A DNA stretch of 64,000 nucleotides from contig NC_082706.1 in the NCBI RefSeq assembly GCF_030144855.1, positions 127,162,001 through 127,226,000 of the forward strand, in the 5' to 3' direction. Made by a program: the position numbers and the translations under genes. Below the pieces are notes generated by a model that saw nothing but the letters and a program-made list of their open reading frames with translations, did no database searches and was not told the origin of the DNA. Shown here in pieces: positions 21,728-34,604 of the stretch. The stretch comes from Hypanus sabinus. Lineage: Eukaryota. The number at the start of each line of letters is the position of its first letter. Position 1 is the first letter of the stretch.

Positions 21728-23254
21728 TCTGTATTTGTAAATCAGGTGATTTAGTTCATATAGAGCATAATTGTTGTAATTTTCTACCTCAACTTTAAGA
21801 AGATTGAGTTTGATATATTAATGAGCAGACAACCAGGGAATAAGAGTTCATGGGAATCAGGCAGGGAAATAAGGAAGCAAAGGATCAGATATAAACACTG
21901 AATGGCAGAGGAAGTTGAACCCATTCCTGCTTTGATTTATGATATCCTTATGTGTAAAGATGGATCTGTTGAACCAATTTTCTCTCTGTTTTACGAACAT
22001 GATAGACACAATACTACTGTGCCATGATGAGTGGAGCTAGGATTGTTGGTTATGGGCAATCAGTATTGGTCAGCTCATAAAATTGGGCACAGGGTTTGTG
22101 ATCAGGTACCCTACACTTTTTCAATGTAATGCACAGCATCTTACTGTTGGAAATTTGTTGCGAGAACAGACAGTCTCCACAGATATCAGAGTGTTGGACT
22201 GGCAGCTGTAAAGTCAACATGCATGGTCTGCTGTTTTGAAAGCTCAAAGTTACCACATTCAATGAGTCTTACAGATAACCACCATAGTATCGCAATCTGT
22301 TCTCCAACAGATTATTGGGAATGCCTAAGGATCTCCCTGGGGAAATTACACTAACCCTGTGGAACATGAGCCTGCTGTTCTCTCTCAGGATGACAGGATT
22401 CATACAGAAAAAAGAGAATAGACACAAGGTTTGCCAAAAAAAAACAAAAAAAAACCAAAACCAAAAAAAAATTTTCCATTTACAATGCAGCTTTGACATC
22501 TCTTTCGGAATACTTCAAAATGATTAACAGCTGAGTGTAGTCATTGTTATAAAGTAATTCCATTCAGCCATGTTCCGACAAAGGTTCTTCAACTTGAAAT
22601 ATTAACTCTGTTTCTCTTTCCATGGATGTTGCCTGACCTGCTTGCTGAGTGTTTTGAGCATTTCCTGCTTCTCTTACGGGTCTAGAGCATCTACAGTTCT
22701 GGTTTCTTCAAGTAAAGTCATTACTAAGGTGTGATCTGAATACTTTGATGTCCGCATTGTTCCTCTGTATTAAGGCTTCTCCAAAGCCTGGAGCCCATGT
22801 AGAAGGATGATTCAGTTGCAAAAGTCATCCAGGCTTCTTTGTTCCAAGGAATTAGGGATTTTCTACCTGTTCCCATCAATTCCTATTCCATTCCTGATTC
22901 CTCATTTATCAAGGAGTGAAACTGCATGAAAACACCCATTTTGGCCCAATGAAAACCATGTCACTGTCAAGCAGGTCAAACCCCACGCAGATAGCATCAG
23001 ATACCAGCAATGAACCTGGGTTGCTGGAACTGTGGGGCAGCAGTTCTGCTAGCTGCACCACTGTGTCATAAATCAGAGCTTAAACCCTTCAATTCATGGC
23101 GCCATTCACCCTGAATGAGCCACTGTGATGTGGTTACCATTTATTTTAATTTAAAAACTCAGACTGACAAGTTTTGGTTAGGTAGGAGGGCAAGGTTATA
23201 GAACTGAGGCAGGTCACTGCTGTTGTGATACAGTACTGCACTCTGGAACAGAAC

Positions 23255-23512
23255 TGTTGTGTGTTTAATATTATTATACTATAGTAATATTAAGTAATAT
23301 TATACACATATATATAGATTAAGCATTCTTGTTCATTTAAATAATTAATTTTGGTTTATATGTACATATATGTGAGTTGCATACATCATCAAGCTGTTAT
23401 ATATTATACTTGCACCCCTCACTTGAAGTAAACCCTTAACTTAGACCTGGATTTTCAGACATTGTTGTCTTCCTTTGAATTAGTTTAATGTTTTGAAGTA
23501 CAAAACATAGCA
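23255..23512 (+). mobile_element. Solo LTR (258 bp) with 5-bp target-site duplication
   Basis: TG...CA ends with imperfect inverted termini (TGTTGTGT/ACATAGCA). AGAAC on both sides (23250-23254 and 23513-23517). Strand is a best guess from AGTAAA near 23427. Confidence 0.75.
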
Positions 23513-24374
23513 AGAACCAATTCGAAAGACTGAATGGCTTTCTCATGGCCTTGTCATATCAAAAGAGGTGAGCATGTCCATGGGCATTTTACATGGGCAG
23601 ATTGGCAGCATGTGCTGGCAGTTTATATTTGCTCTTGTGGCATATAACTGCTCTCCAAGGGATTTCTTCAAACTCTGAATGTGAATAAGATGGAAGGATA
23701 ATTTCTATGTGAGTGTTGTTTGGTGGTCGATACATTAGAGCCTGAACTATTGTATGCTAGGGGCACCTCAGGAAAGGGTGTATACAATAGCAAAAGAGAA
23801 AGAACATTGCACATACTGTATATGAAAGCCAGGCAGTCTTCTGTCATCATCTCTTGTCATTGCATTCAGCTTTGCTTTGGTGATACTTCCTTTCAAACAG
23901 AGAAAGTGGATTCAGTGCCAGTGTGATGTAGGCCATTGTGTGAGGTCAGTCCACAAGGAATCTGGCAATGTGCCATACTGGTGGACTGAGTTGTGTTGTT
24001 CATTCCCTGCTGGACTGTGTATGCCCTCAATAAAACTTTAACTTACGTGTATAGTCATAGCGGTGGGGCGCGCTCCTTGCATCTGAACTGACTGGATTCT
24101 CTGCGAGTGTGCTTTTACATTCGCAATCAAAATTCTAAACAACTGTATCTGACTTCCCTGTGAGGACTTAGAACAGAGAACTGATTGTCCTGTTGAATTC
24201 TCAACAAGTGTAAATATTCAATTGAATAGATTACTATATTCAAGTATAGTTTATATACATATATTCATTGGGAATATTGTTTTTCTCTGGTTATTGGGAG
24301 GCCAGTAAGAACATAGGAAAAAGAGCAGTGATAGCATTCTAGCCTGCTCTGCCATTCCATAGGATCATAGAAAG

Positions 24375-25910
24375 TCAAGCTGAGTCTATTGTCTGATCCA
24401 CAAGTATGGTGAGGGGTAGGTAAAATTAAAAACTTGCTTGCAACAGCATCATAGGCATGTAGATTCAGATAACACACAAAACAGAAGTTATACGTAAATA
24501 TTGTTCTGTTGCCGAGGTAGATGTATGGTTGTGTAGGTCAGTTCAAGAACATAATGGTTGTAGAGAAAGCAGCTGTTCCTGAACCTGGCAGTGAGGAACT
24601 TCAGGCTTCTGAACTTCAGAATCAGAAACACAATCAGATTTAATATCACTGGCATATGTTGTGAAGGTTGTTATTATGTGGCAGCAGTACATTGCAATAC
24701 ATAATAATCAAACACTGCAAGTTACAATAAGAAGTGTATATATATTAGCAAAGTTAAATAAGTAGTGCAATAAGAGAGAAAAAAGTAGTGAGTTTGTGTT
24801 CATAGGTTCTGTGTCTATTCATGAATCTAATGGTAGAGGTGAATTGTTGAGTATCTGCCTTCAAGCTCCTGTACCACCTCCTTGATGGTAGCAATGAGAA
24901 GAGGGCATATCCTGGGTAATAGGGTCCTCAAAGATGGATGCTGCCTAGTTGAGGCATCGCTCCTTGAAAATATCCTGGAGGCTGAGGAGGCTATTGCCCA
25001 TAATGTAGCTCACTGAGTTTACAATTTTCTGCAGGTAATTTTCATCCTGAGCAGTGCTTCCCCCACCCCAACATACCAAATAGAGATGCAGCCGGTTAGA
25101 ATTTTCTTCACAGTACATCTATAGAAATTTGCAAGTGTCTTTGGTGACTTATCAAATCTCCTCAAACTCCTGTACTGAAGACCATAAGACATAGGAGGAG
25201 AATTAGTCCATTCAGTCCATTGAGTCTGCTCTGCCATTCCATTGCCTTCTTTGTGACTGCATCGAAACTAAGAAGGTCATTAGGAAGCAGAAGATGAATT
25301 AAGAAAGGAAGCTGGTGACTAACATCGAAGAAGATCCTGGATTTTAACACCCAGGAACTAGAAATTGCTCACTTTCACTTTTGGATCCCTTAATGAGGAC
25401 TATTGTGTGGTCCATTGTTTTACCCTCTCTGAAGTCCGCAATCAATTCTTTGGTCTTACTGATGTTGTGCAACCAGCTGATCTATCTCACTCCCATAAAC
25501 CTTCTTGGCACCATCTGAAATTATGCCAACCAGAGTTGTGTCTTCAGCAAATTTATAGATAGCTTTTGAGCTGTGCCTAGTCACACAGTTGTGGGGGTAG
25601 GGAGAGTAAAGCAGTGGGTTAAGCACACATCCTTGAGCTGTGCCAGTGTTGTTTATTAGCGAGGTGGTGATGTTACCTCAGATCCACAAAGACATTGAGG
25701 AAGTCGAGGACTCAGTTGCAGATGGAGGTACAGAGGCCCAGGTTTAGGAGCTTTTTGAACAGAACTATAGGTATTACTGTATCCTCTTGCCCAATGATAG
25801 CAGCGAGAAGAGGGCATAACCTGGATGATTGGCATCGTTGATAATAGAGGCTTGTAGTAGCATATCATGTAGATACTGTCAGTAGTGGGGAGGGATATGC
25901 TGTAGCAGAT
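24375..25910 (-). mobile_element. Cluster of nested Rex1 3' fragments, with a small CR1 tail at ~25178-25240
   Basis: Minus frame SPKTLANFYRCTVKKILTGCISIWY. Rex1 tails at ~24375-24480 and ~24617-24800. Confidence 0.7.
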
Positions 25911-27999
25911 TCTATTTTGTCTTCAAATCCAATTTTCTGTCTATTCCCCACAACAGTTGATTCCCGTACAGTCCTCAAGTCTGTCTCACTCTTGGATATA
26001 CTCAGTGACTCAATATCCACTGCTATAGAATTCCAAAGTTCAGGAACATCTACGAGAAGATAATCCTCCTATTCTCTATGCCCCTCTTTACCAACAAATC
26101 AAACCCACCAAGGGAAAATCTATTATCAGCATCTCAGAGATTGAGACAGTCTTGCATAGAGATGGGATGTTATTTAGTTTCTAGTAAGAACTCAGAGCTG
26201 ACAATAACAAATTACTTACTGTGGATTCCCCCCTAATTAGCTTCAATGGAGAAAAAAATAGGTGAGTGTAACATGGGTGCTGATTCACTCTCAGTAATTT
26301 TTTCAAAGGAACTGAATGCCAGTTTAACCATTGCTGGTAGAATTTGAAGTTCCCTCACACCATTGACTTCGAACCAGTGTATTGCAGATCAGTGTAGGAT
26401 GAACATAAATACCACAATATGACACACTGAGCAGGAATTATTGACTTATAGAGGTTAAGGGAAAAAACCTGGGAGTCGTTAGAAAGTGATAATCTAATTG
26501 AGGGATTCCAAATATAACACAAATCATGAGGGCAAAGCTCAAGAGACTTAAAATCAACAAATGAACTCTGAGGTTATATTTGCAGCTTAGAAGTACTTCT
26601 GGAATCTGTTGTGTAAAAATATATGGTATCAATTTCATCCAGCCTTAATGTTCTTTGTTGGTCAGTATCTGTATCATGTGCTGTGACGCTCTTGCCTTTC
26701 CTGATGCCTGCCAGGTTGCAAAAGGACGCATACTAAGATATTAATACTAAACTATTTTCTAAACCAGAAGAAAATCTGAGGTTGATAGATTCTTGATTAG
26801 TAAGGGTGTCGAAGTTACTTGGAGAAAGCAAGAAAATGGGGTTGAGTGGGATTATAAGTCAGTCATGATGGAATGATGGAGCAGAGCTGATGAGCCAGTT
26901 GATATAATTCTACTATGTTTTATGATCTTTAAAACAATAGTGATATTTTTGCAAACTAATAGGGTGGATGTGTGTGAACCAGGTGCTGGAAAACAAGGTT
27001 AGGCAGGACAGTTCCTTTACGACAAACACAAAGGGTGAATGGCATTCTTCAGTGTTATGATTTTCTATGATTCTGTGATATAGAAATTACATGATGCTGC
27101 AGTTTTGGTTGGGAAGGGGAGAAGCTTCCTCAAAGCTATGTATCTAATTTAGGGAACTAATCTCATACCTAAATAGTTGAGGATTAGGGGAGTAGAGGGG
27201 TCTCCATTAACTTCCAAAAACAGTTAGACTGGGTTAGCAATTTCATTAGGAATTACAGGGTATGGACCACTTTTAGAATCCATCATTAAACTGGGAGTCA
27301 ACTTTGTAGATACAATGGAGTGACAAGGAGTAAGACACCCCCAGACTCTGCACTCAGCAGAAATAATCTCTGTCAACCCATCAGCTCCACACAGTATCTT
27401 GAAAGCTTTAATCAATCTTCTTAGTCTTCTAAATTCAGGGAGATTCACGCTTAGTTTGTGCAAATGAGTTTTGCAATTCCCCCCTCGTAGATCAATAGAT
27501 TCTTCAACATGACAAATACACCTCCAGGTCTGGTCTAAGTAAACCTGACCTTAACCAGTTCTGATCTTAGGAATTCTGAAATCATGGCTGCAGCATTACT
27601 TTTGACTTGGGGTATACTGAATTACTTTCTGCACCTCTGACATTTCAATGCTCCTTCTGCATGAATTGCTGAATTATGCAATAATAAACTTATTATGTGG
27701 TTTCAGCTTCTAAGAGACACTCACCATAATTCTTTTTAGGTCAAATTGAGACCTCACCTGTGCCTATATTGAATTCAAGTTGTCATTGCTTTGTTCACTT
27801 GTTTATCTACTAATATCACTTTGTGATTTTGTTTTTATCAATGGAATCAAAACTGGCAATTTGCACACAACTGGGTCCCATAATGTACAATGTAAGTTTG
27901 AGAGTGAGTGGTCACATGATATGTAATTAAATTTATTAAGGGACCAGGTAATCTGTTGGATTGGTTATCCAATTTTTAATTTTACTTTAAACCATTCAT

Positions 28000-28165
28000 A
28001 AAAGGAAAGAACTTAGTTTACATGACAGTCACTTCTTGTCACTTCTGTCATATGGCTTGTAGAATGTCTCTTTCCCAATGCTTCAAAATGCTTTAAAATG
28101 AACTGTAGTCACTGTTATTAAATAGAAACACAACAACAAACATCTGTGCAGCCTGCTCTTCCAAC
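28000..28165 (-). mobile_element. Deu-domain SINE fragment (SacSINE1/AmnSINE1-like)
   Basis: TGTAGTCACTGTTATTAAATAGAAACAC matches the reverse complement of the Deu-SINE segment seen at 46700-46735 and 58160-58185. Confidence 0.5.
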
Positions 28166-28490
28166 ATCATAGAGTCACAGAGAGAAACAGCATGAAAACA
28201 GGCACTTTGGACCAATGAGTCTGTGCCACCCATCACATATCCAATTGCAGTAATCCCGTGTTCTCCATACCTTTTCATCAATCTGCCACTCTAGAACAAT
28301 TTACAGTTGCCAATTAACTGACCAACCCGATGTGCCTTGTTGGATAATGGAAGAAACTGGAGTGCTTGGAAGAACCCATGCAGTGACAGAGAAAACGTGC
28401 ATACGCGCTCCACAAAGAAAGCTCACGAGGTCAGGGTTGAACCCGGGACTCTGGCACTGTGAGGCAACAGCTCCATTGTGCTCCTCCTTA
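28166..28490 (-). mobile_element. HE1-like V-SINE
   Basis: Minus-strand B box GGTTCAACCC (GGGTTGAACCC at ~28434), V-domain and CR1-like tail. Confidence 0.65.
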
Positions 28491-28699
28491 GGTTAATTCA
28501 AAGAGTTTTCTCTTCCAACAGTACCCATGGTGCAGAAATACTAATTCTTTCTTCACTGGCCTTTCTCTTTGTCTTTTTCACCTTGGTTTCTTCACACCCT
28601 CTTGATTTTGAGAAGCTCATTCTCTTCTGATCTCCTGTCACGGGCATTCCCTTTGTTTTCCCTTGCCTCTCCCTTCACCCTGCAGCATCAAAACTGAAA

Positions 28700-29100
28700 C
28701 CACTACATCTTCAAGTGCCCTCATCATCAAGCCATGCTCTCTTCTTGCTGCCACCATTGGGAAGGAAGTACAGGAGTCTTGGGTTCAGAAACAGGTACAG
28801 AATGGTTATTAATTTTCAACCATCTGGCTACTAAGCCTTTCTGGATAACTTCACTTACTCCAGCTCTGAACTGATTCAAAAATGTCTCAACTCACTTTTA
28901 AAGCTCTACAATGTATCTTCTCAGTATTATTTATTATTATTGTATTTACACAATCTTTCTTTTGCACATTGGTTATTTGTTGGTCTTTGTATGTAGTTCT
29001 TAATCAACTTTAGTGTATTTATTCTACTGTAAATGCTTGCAAGAAAATGAATCTCAAGGTAGTATTGGTGACATATACGTACTTTGATAATAAATTTACT
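28700..29100 (+). mobile_element. Rex1 3' end inserted in a Penelope-derived remnant (~28640-28700 and 29100-29200)
   Basis: GCCATGCTCTCTTCTTGCTGCCACCATTGGGAAGGAAGTACAGGAGTC, plus the standard tail ACTTTGATAATAAATTTACTT. Confidence 0.75.
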
Positions 29101-29424
29101 TAGAATTTCTCTCAGTTCTTTTGAAAGGTTATCGTTCCAAAATATTAATTCTGCTTTTGCGTAGATTCTACTTGATTTACTGTGTATTTCAAACATGATG
29201 TTTTCATTTTACGTATTTAATCATGTTGAATAAGGCAAAATTTACTGGTCAGAACACCAGAGCTAACTCACTTACTCTTAAAAAAATCATCTTTTAAGTA
29301 TTCATCTGAAAAAGCAATATGTTTCTAACAATGTTCTTTCTATTGAAGAAGCCCCAATGAAATGATTATCAAAGCCAAATCAAGTGTATTATCATATGCA
29401 CAAGTAGTTACTTGAAGCAGCATC

Positions 29425-30883
29425 CCAGATGGTACTACTATCGTCCAGTTGCACTTATATTCATTGTGATGAAGAGCCTTGAGAGGTTGGTGATGAAACA
29501 TATAAACTCCTGCTTGAGGGGTGACTTGGATCTGCTCCAATTTGCCTACTATCACAATCGGTCAACACCAGGTACCATTTTGTTTGCTCTTCTCTCAACT
29601 CTGGAAAATCTGGACAGTGAAGTTACATACATCAGGATGCTCTTAATTGACTACAGCTCTGTATTCAATATTATCATCCCCTCAAAACTAATCAATAACC
29701 TCCTTTACCTAGCCCTGAACATGCTCTTGTGGAACTGGATCCTCGATTTCCTCACTTGCAGACCCCAGTCAATTTGGATTGGCAACAACCTCACCACCAC
29801 AATTACCATCAGCACAGATGCACCACAAGGCTGTGTACTTAGCCCTCTGCTCTGCTTACTTTATACTTCTGAGTGTGAGGCTAAGTACAGCTCCAATGAT
29901 ATATTTAAGTTTGCTATTGACACCAGGGTTGTCGGCTAAATCAAGGGTGGTGACAACTCAACATATAGAAGTGAGACTGAAAATCTGGTGGAATGGTGCC
30001 AGCAGCAGCTTCTCACTGACTGTTAGCAAAATCAATGAACTGATTATTGACTACAGGAGGCAAAAATCGGAGGTCCATGAGCCGGTCCTCATCAGGAGAT
30101 CTGAGGTGAGAGGGTCACCAACTTTAAATTCCTTGGGCTTATTATTTCAGGGGGTAAGTCCTTGGCCCAACACATACTTGCCATTACAAGTAAAGTTGTA
30201 GAGGCAAGGGTTGCCTCTTTCTTAGAAGTTTGCAAAGATTTGCATGTCATCTAAAATTTTACAAACTTTTATAGATGTGCAGTGGAAGGAACACTGGCTG
30301 GTTGCATCACTGCCTGGTATGGAAACACCAATGCCCTTGAACAGAAAACCCTACAAAAAGTAGTGGATGCAGTTTAGCCCATCACAGTTAAATCCCATCC
30401 CACCATTGAGCACAGCTACAAGGAGTGCTAATGTAGGAAAACAACATCCATTATGTAGGAAAAACCATCCAGGCCATGCTGTCTTCTTGCTGCTGCCACC
30501 AGGAAGGAGATTCAGGAGCCTTAAGTCCAACACCACCAGGTTCAGAAAAAGCTATTACCCCTCTGTCATCATCCTCTTGAACCAGAGGAGGTAACTTAAT
30601 TCACCTCAATGCTAATCTGATTGCGCAACCTATCGACTCTCTTTCAAGGACTCTGCAACTCATGTTCTCAATATTTATTACGTATTTACTATTATTATCA
30701 TGTTTTTTTCTGCTTTATATTTGGTATCTTTTGCACATTAGTTGCCTGTCTGTCTTTGTTGCGTGCAGTTTTTCATTAATTGTATTGTGTTTCTTTGTGT
30801 TTACCGTGAATGCCTGCAAGAAAATGAATATCAGGGTTATATATGGTGATGTATATGTACTTCGATAATAAATTTACTTTGAA
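29425..30883 (+). mobile_element. 5'-truncated Rex1/Babar LINE (RT and 3' UTR)
   Basis: [58 protein letters not shown] and KFAIDT; tail ends AATAAATTTACTTTGAA. Confidence 0.92.
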
Positions 30884-30997
30884 CAGCACTGCCCACCTTC
30901 AGTACTGCCAGCTTAGGTTTTATATTCAAATGCACAGAATAGGATTTGAACCTTTAACTCTCTGATTCAGTGCTAAGAGTGCCAGTCACTGAGGCTC
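30884..30997 (-). mobile_element. tRNA-derived head of a SacSINE1-like SINE
   Basis: Minus-strand GCCTCAGTGACTGGCACTC...GGTTCAAATCC (B box)...CAGTACTGAAGG, similar to the head at 57863-57975. Confidence 0.55.
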
Positions 30998-32639
30998 AGT
31001 GGACTGACTCTCTTAGCAAAGAAAATGTTAGCAAATTCACAGATATTATCACTATGGAAAGACCTGATGTTGCCATTTGGATTTCTGCCACTCTTGTTTG
31101 GCTTGAGTTCCCTTGTGTACAGCAGCACAGTATAACTTGAGTCTGCCAGCTTTTTAAAGTGATTTCTGATTTCCAGTCACAATAATTGTGCCCCTGTGGA
31201 TCCATAACTGTCAAGGATAAATATGTTTTGGAAAGTGCTGCCATGCAACAGCTTTTAAAATCTGATTTCATTAATTAGATGGCTAATTAATGCAAATGGG
31301 AAAAATCATTAAATGGAGAGTAAAATATTTGGGGTTTATTAATCTAGCTGCAAAAGCTGAATTTGATAAACTAATTCTTGGCAAATCAATGTATTGCAGC
31401 AAAATGAGAGAGCAGTTAATTAAATGAAATTGATAATAAAATGTAAACACAGTTGAATAAACTTCATTATAGTTAAAATACACATCATTATTTATAAGCA
31501 CAGCACATTTATCTGAATAACTATTCTGTTGGGGAATCGAGTCACAGTAAAAAAAATCATTACTTAGTCAATAAAGATTATAATTGGTTCTGTAAATACA
31601 TGGAAAAGCATGCAAAACTTGTATCATTTAAATGTTCCACCAGTCACTTTAGTCCATGAGCAGTGACATGATTATGGCCAATGCTACGGCTTTAGTTTCC
31701 AGCCTCTTTTGAGCCTGATGAGGCAAGCGGAGAACTGCTGGGGAGCAGCGATGGCTGTGATTTCTCTCTCTTTCACTTTATGCAATAAAACATACTAGTT
31801 GTGAGTCTTTATTACACCTGGCATGGACAACAGTGAACTAGGCATTAAACCACACCCTACAAGAGAGTCTCATTAACAGGTTCATGTAGTAATGCTCAGG
31901 AAGTGTACTTAACAATTGATCAAATGTAACTTTCCATTCAAATGTACTGATGCCCTGTTAGTAATGCTAAAGTTTCTAGATTCATTGGACTGATTTGAGG
32001 ATGCACATCCGGTTACGTGAGATGGGTTGGAGGAAAAGTGGCCTATACAACCTGGAGTTTGGAAGAATGGGAGGCAAGATCCTGAGAGTGATTTATAGAG
32101 TTTATTTTAATATTTAGATAGACAGCATGGTAACAGGCTCTTCTGGCCCAATGAGCTGCACTATTCAATTAACCTTCTAACCTATATGCCTTTGGAATGT
32201 GAGAGGAAAGTCACAGAAACGACAGAACCTTGGTCACTGCCACTGTAATAATAGCACTATGCTAACGGTTACATTTCTGTTTCATTCGAAGCTGTCCTCT
32301 GCTATTTCATCTTATTACATGTTGAACAACAAAGCATATCCAATATATACTCTGAGAAGAGAAGAATTTGCATCTGTTCTGTGCCTTTTATTTCTAAAGC
32401 TTTTCACGACCAATAAAATAAAACTGAAATTTAGTCACTACTGTAATTCTCTTCCATAAATAATTTGTTGCTGTAAAGCATATTATTGTTAAAAAACCAG
32501 AGTCATAATCACACAGAAATACTGAAAGATAATATCAATGGGTTGGCAAAGATAAAATGCTGCAGATGATGGAAATCTGAAATAAAAGCAGAAAATGCTG
32601 TAAATACTCATCAGATCAGGCAACATCTATCACAATGTT

Positions 32640-33180
32640 TCAGATCAGCGAATGTTGGTAGAAGGTTGATTTAGTGATTGGTTGCCTGTGACGAGTACAG
32701 TTCCTCAGACACTGGTGCTGAGCCTTTTCTCTGTTTGTAATAAGCATGGATGACTTAGATGTGGATGTAGAAGGCATGATCAGTAAGTTGATTAATGACA
32801 GGAAGATTCGTGGAGCCTTGCTTTGTGTGGAGGGCAGCCTTAGGTGACATTGACATATTGATGAAATGGGCTGAGAAATGGCAGATGAAGTCCAATGCAG
32901 ATAAATTGAGGTAATGCATTTTGGGAGTGCTAACGATGCAAGGAGATACACTATAAAGTGACAGGGCCAGGGAGCAACCTTGAAGTACAAGTCCAGAGAT
33001 CCTTGAAGGTGGCAGCACAGCTAAATAACATGGTTAGGAAGGCATAAGGGATATGGTCTTTATTATCTGGGGATTTATTACAAAAGCACATTTATGCAAG
33101 TCTTATGTTCTAATCCTATAAACTTTGGTTATGCCTATAAATGGAGTACTGCATCTAGTTTTGGACTGCACTGTAGGAAA
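32640..33180 (+). mobile_element. Decayed CR1 RT fragment
   Basis: DDLDVDVEGMISKLINDRKI (degenerate FADD region) and WAEKWQMKSNADK. Confidence 0.75.
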
Positions 33181-34279
33181 TAAAATACAGAATATTTAAC
33201 AAGTATATTAATAATAATAATAACAACATTCATTATACTAAAGAGAAAAAACCTAGCTCCTTCATCCTTTTAATGAAGGTCCATATACATCATTTAAATA
33301 AATGGGATGGTATTAAATGTGATTGGTGTACAGCTTGAAAGGCCAGTTTATCAACTTTAATCATCACATCTCAGAATGCTGTGATTAACAACTGATCCAA
33401 GAAAAGGGCTGGAGGCACCATATTCTGACTTCCAGTGTGCCCTGTATTAATACTCTACAACATGTAGGAAAAGAGTTCTGGAATGTAGAGAAGCTCACGT
33501 TGTCACCAGCTTCCCATCTGGTACAATATCTTTAAGTGGCAAAGTGGGAATTTGATGCATTTCCATTACAGCAGCCTCCGGATCTCTCCGGTTGATGTTG
33601 CAGGCTGCAGAAAGAACTAGAGCACTCCAGAGGTGAATTTTTTTCATTACTGCATTTGTTTCATTGGGAATAATGAGCATGAAGTGGAGTGTGAACAAAG
33701 GTCAATGCCAATAATTATTAAGGGAGATCTTAATAACTGTATTATAATGCAGGCTTCAGTTTGAGAATAGTACTCGTTTTGGAGAATGTTTTGCAGATAA
33801 CTGGTCCCTTTGTGTAGTTGCTGGCAATCTGATTTCTTCATGTAGTCACTGGTTCAGACTTAGGCACTATTGTGGAAAGGTTATCAGTGGTGCCAGTTCT
33901 GTTTGATGATAATTGTATCATTGAAGTCTGTACTGAACTAACAAGTAATTTGCGTTTATTTTGCTGTGGTTCCCCATTCTCCGTTGAATTAATGAACCAT
34001 TTTCAAGAGTGGTCACAGTGAAGCAAGTTTATCTTATCCACAAAATGGATGCTTTTTATATCTCAGATTTACATAAAAAGCTGGAGCAGAAGCAGGTCCC
34101 CTGACTCCATCGAGTTTGCTCTAGTCATCTAGACCATGACTAAACTGCGACCTGAGCACCATTTTCCGGAATCATCCCCATATCCCTTGGTTTCTTCTGT
34201 GTTCAGTTTATGCTTTGAATGAACACGACATCTATCAGTGTCTGTCTTGGTAGCTTAGGGCATAGCACAGCCACATATA

Positions 34280-34600
34280 GGCAGTATGGTAGGGCAGCGT
34301 TTAGCGTCACGCTTTACAGCATATGCTGGAAAATTGCTTGGGGTTCGTTTCCCACTGCTGACTCGAAGAAGTTTGTATGTTCTCCCGTGACAGCTTGGGT
34401 TTCTTCCCGATGCTCCGGTTTCCTCCCATGTCCCAAAAGACATACAGATTAGGGTTAGTGAGTTGTGGGCATGCTATATTGATGCGAGAAGTGTGGTAAC
34501 ACTTGCAGGCTGCCTGGCACAATCCTTGCTGATTTGATTTGATGTAAATGATGCATTTCATTGTGTGTTTCATGTGTCAAATAAAGTTAATCTTAAAAAA
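34280..34600 (+). mobile_element. tRNA-derived V-SINE with a Rex1-like 3' tail
   Basis: B box GGTTCGTTTCCC (34343-34354), V-domain GTTTGTATGTTCTCCCGTGACAGCTTGGGTTTCTTCCCGATGCTCCGGTTTCCTCCCA, and tail CATTTCATTGTGTGTTTCATGTGTCAAATAAAG. Confidence 0.75.
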
Positions 34601-34604
34601 AAAT

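Noticed and set aside
31715-31740. CTGATGA hammerhead-like start in unique sequence
   Set aside because: No stem II, no GAAA and no stem I pairing.
34280-34360. tRNA gene
   Set aside because: The A/B-box-like head is degenerate, has no cloverleaf and runs into a SINE body.
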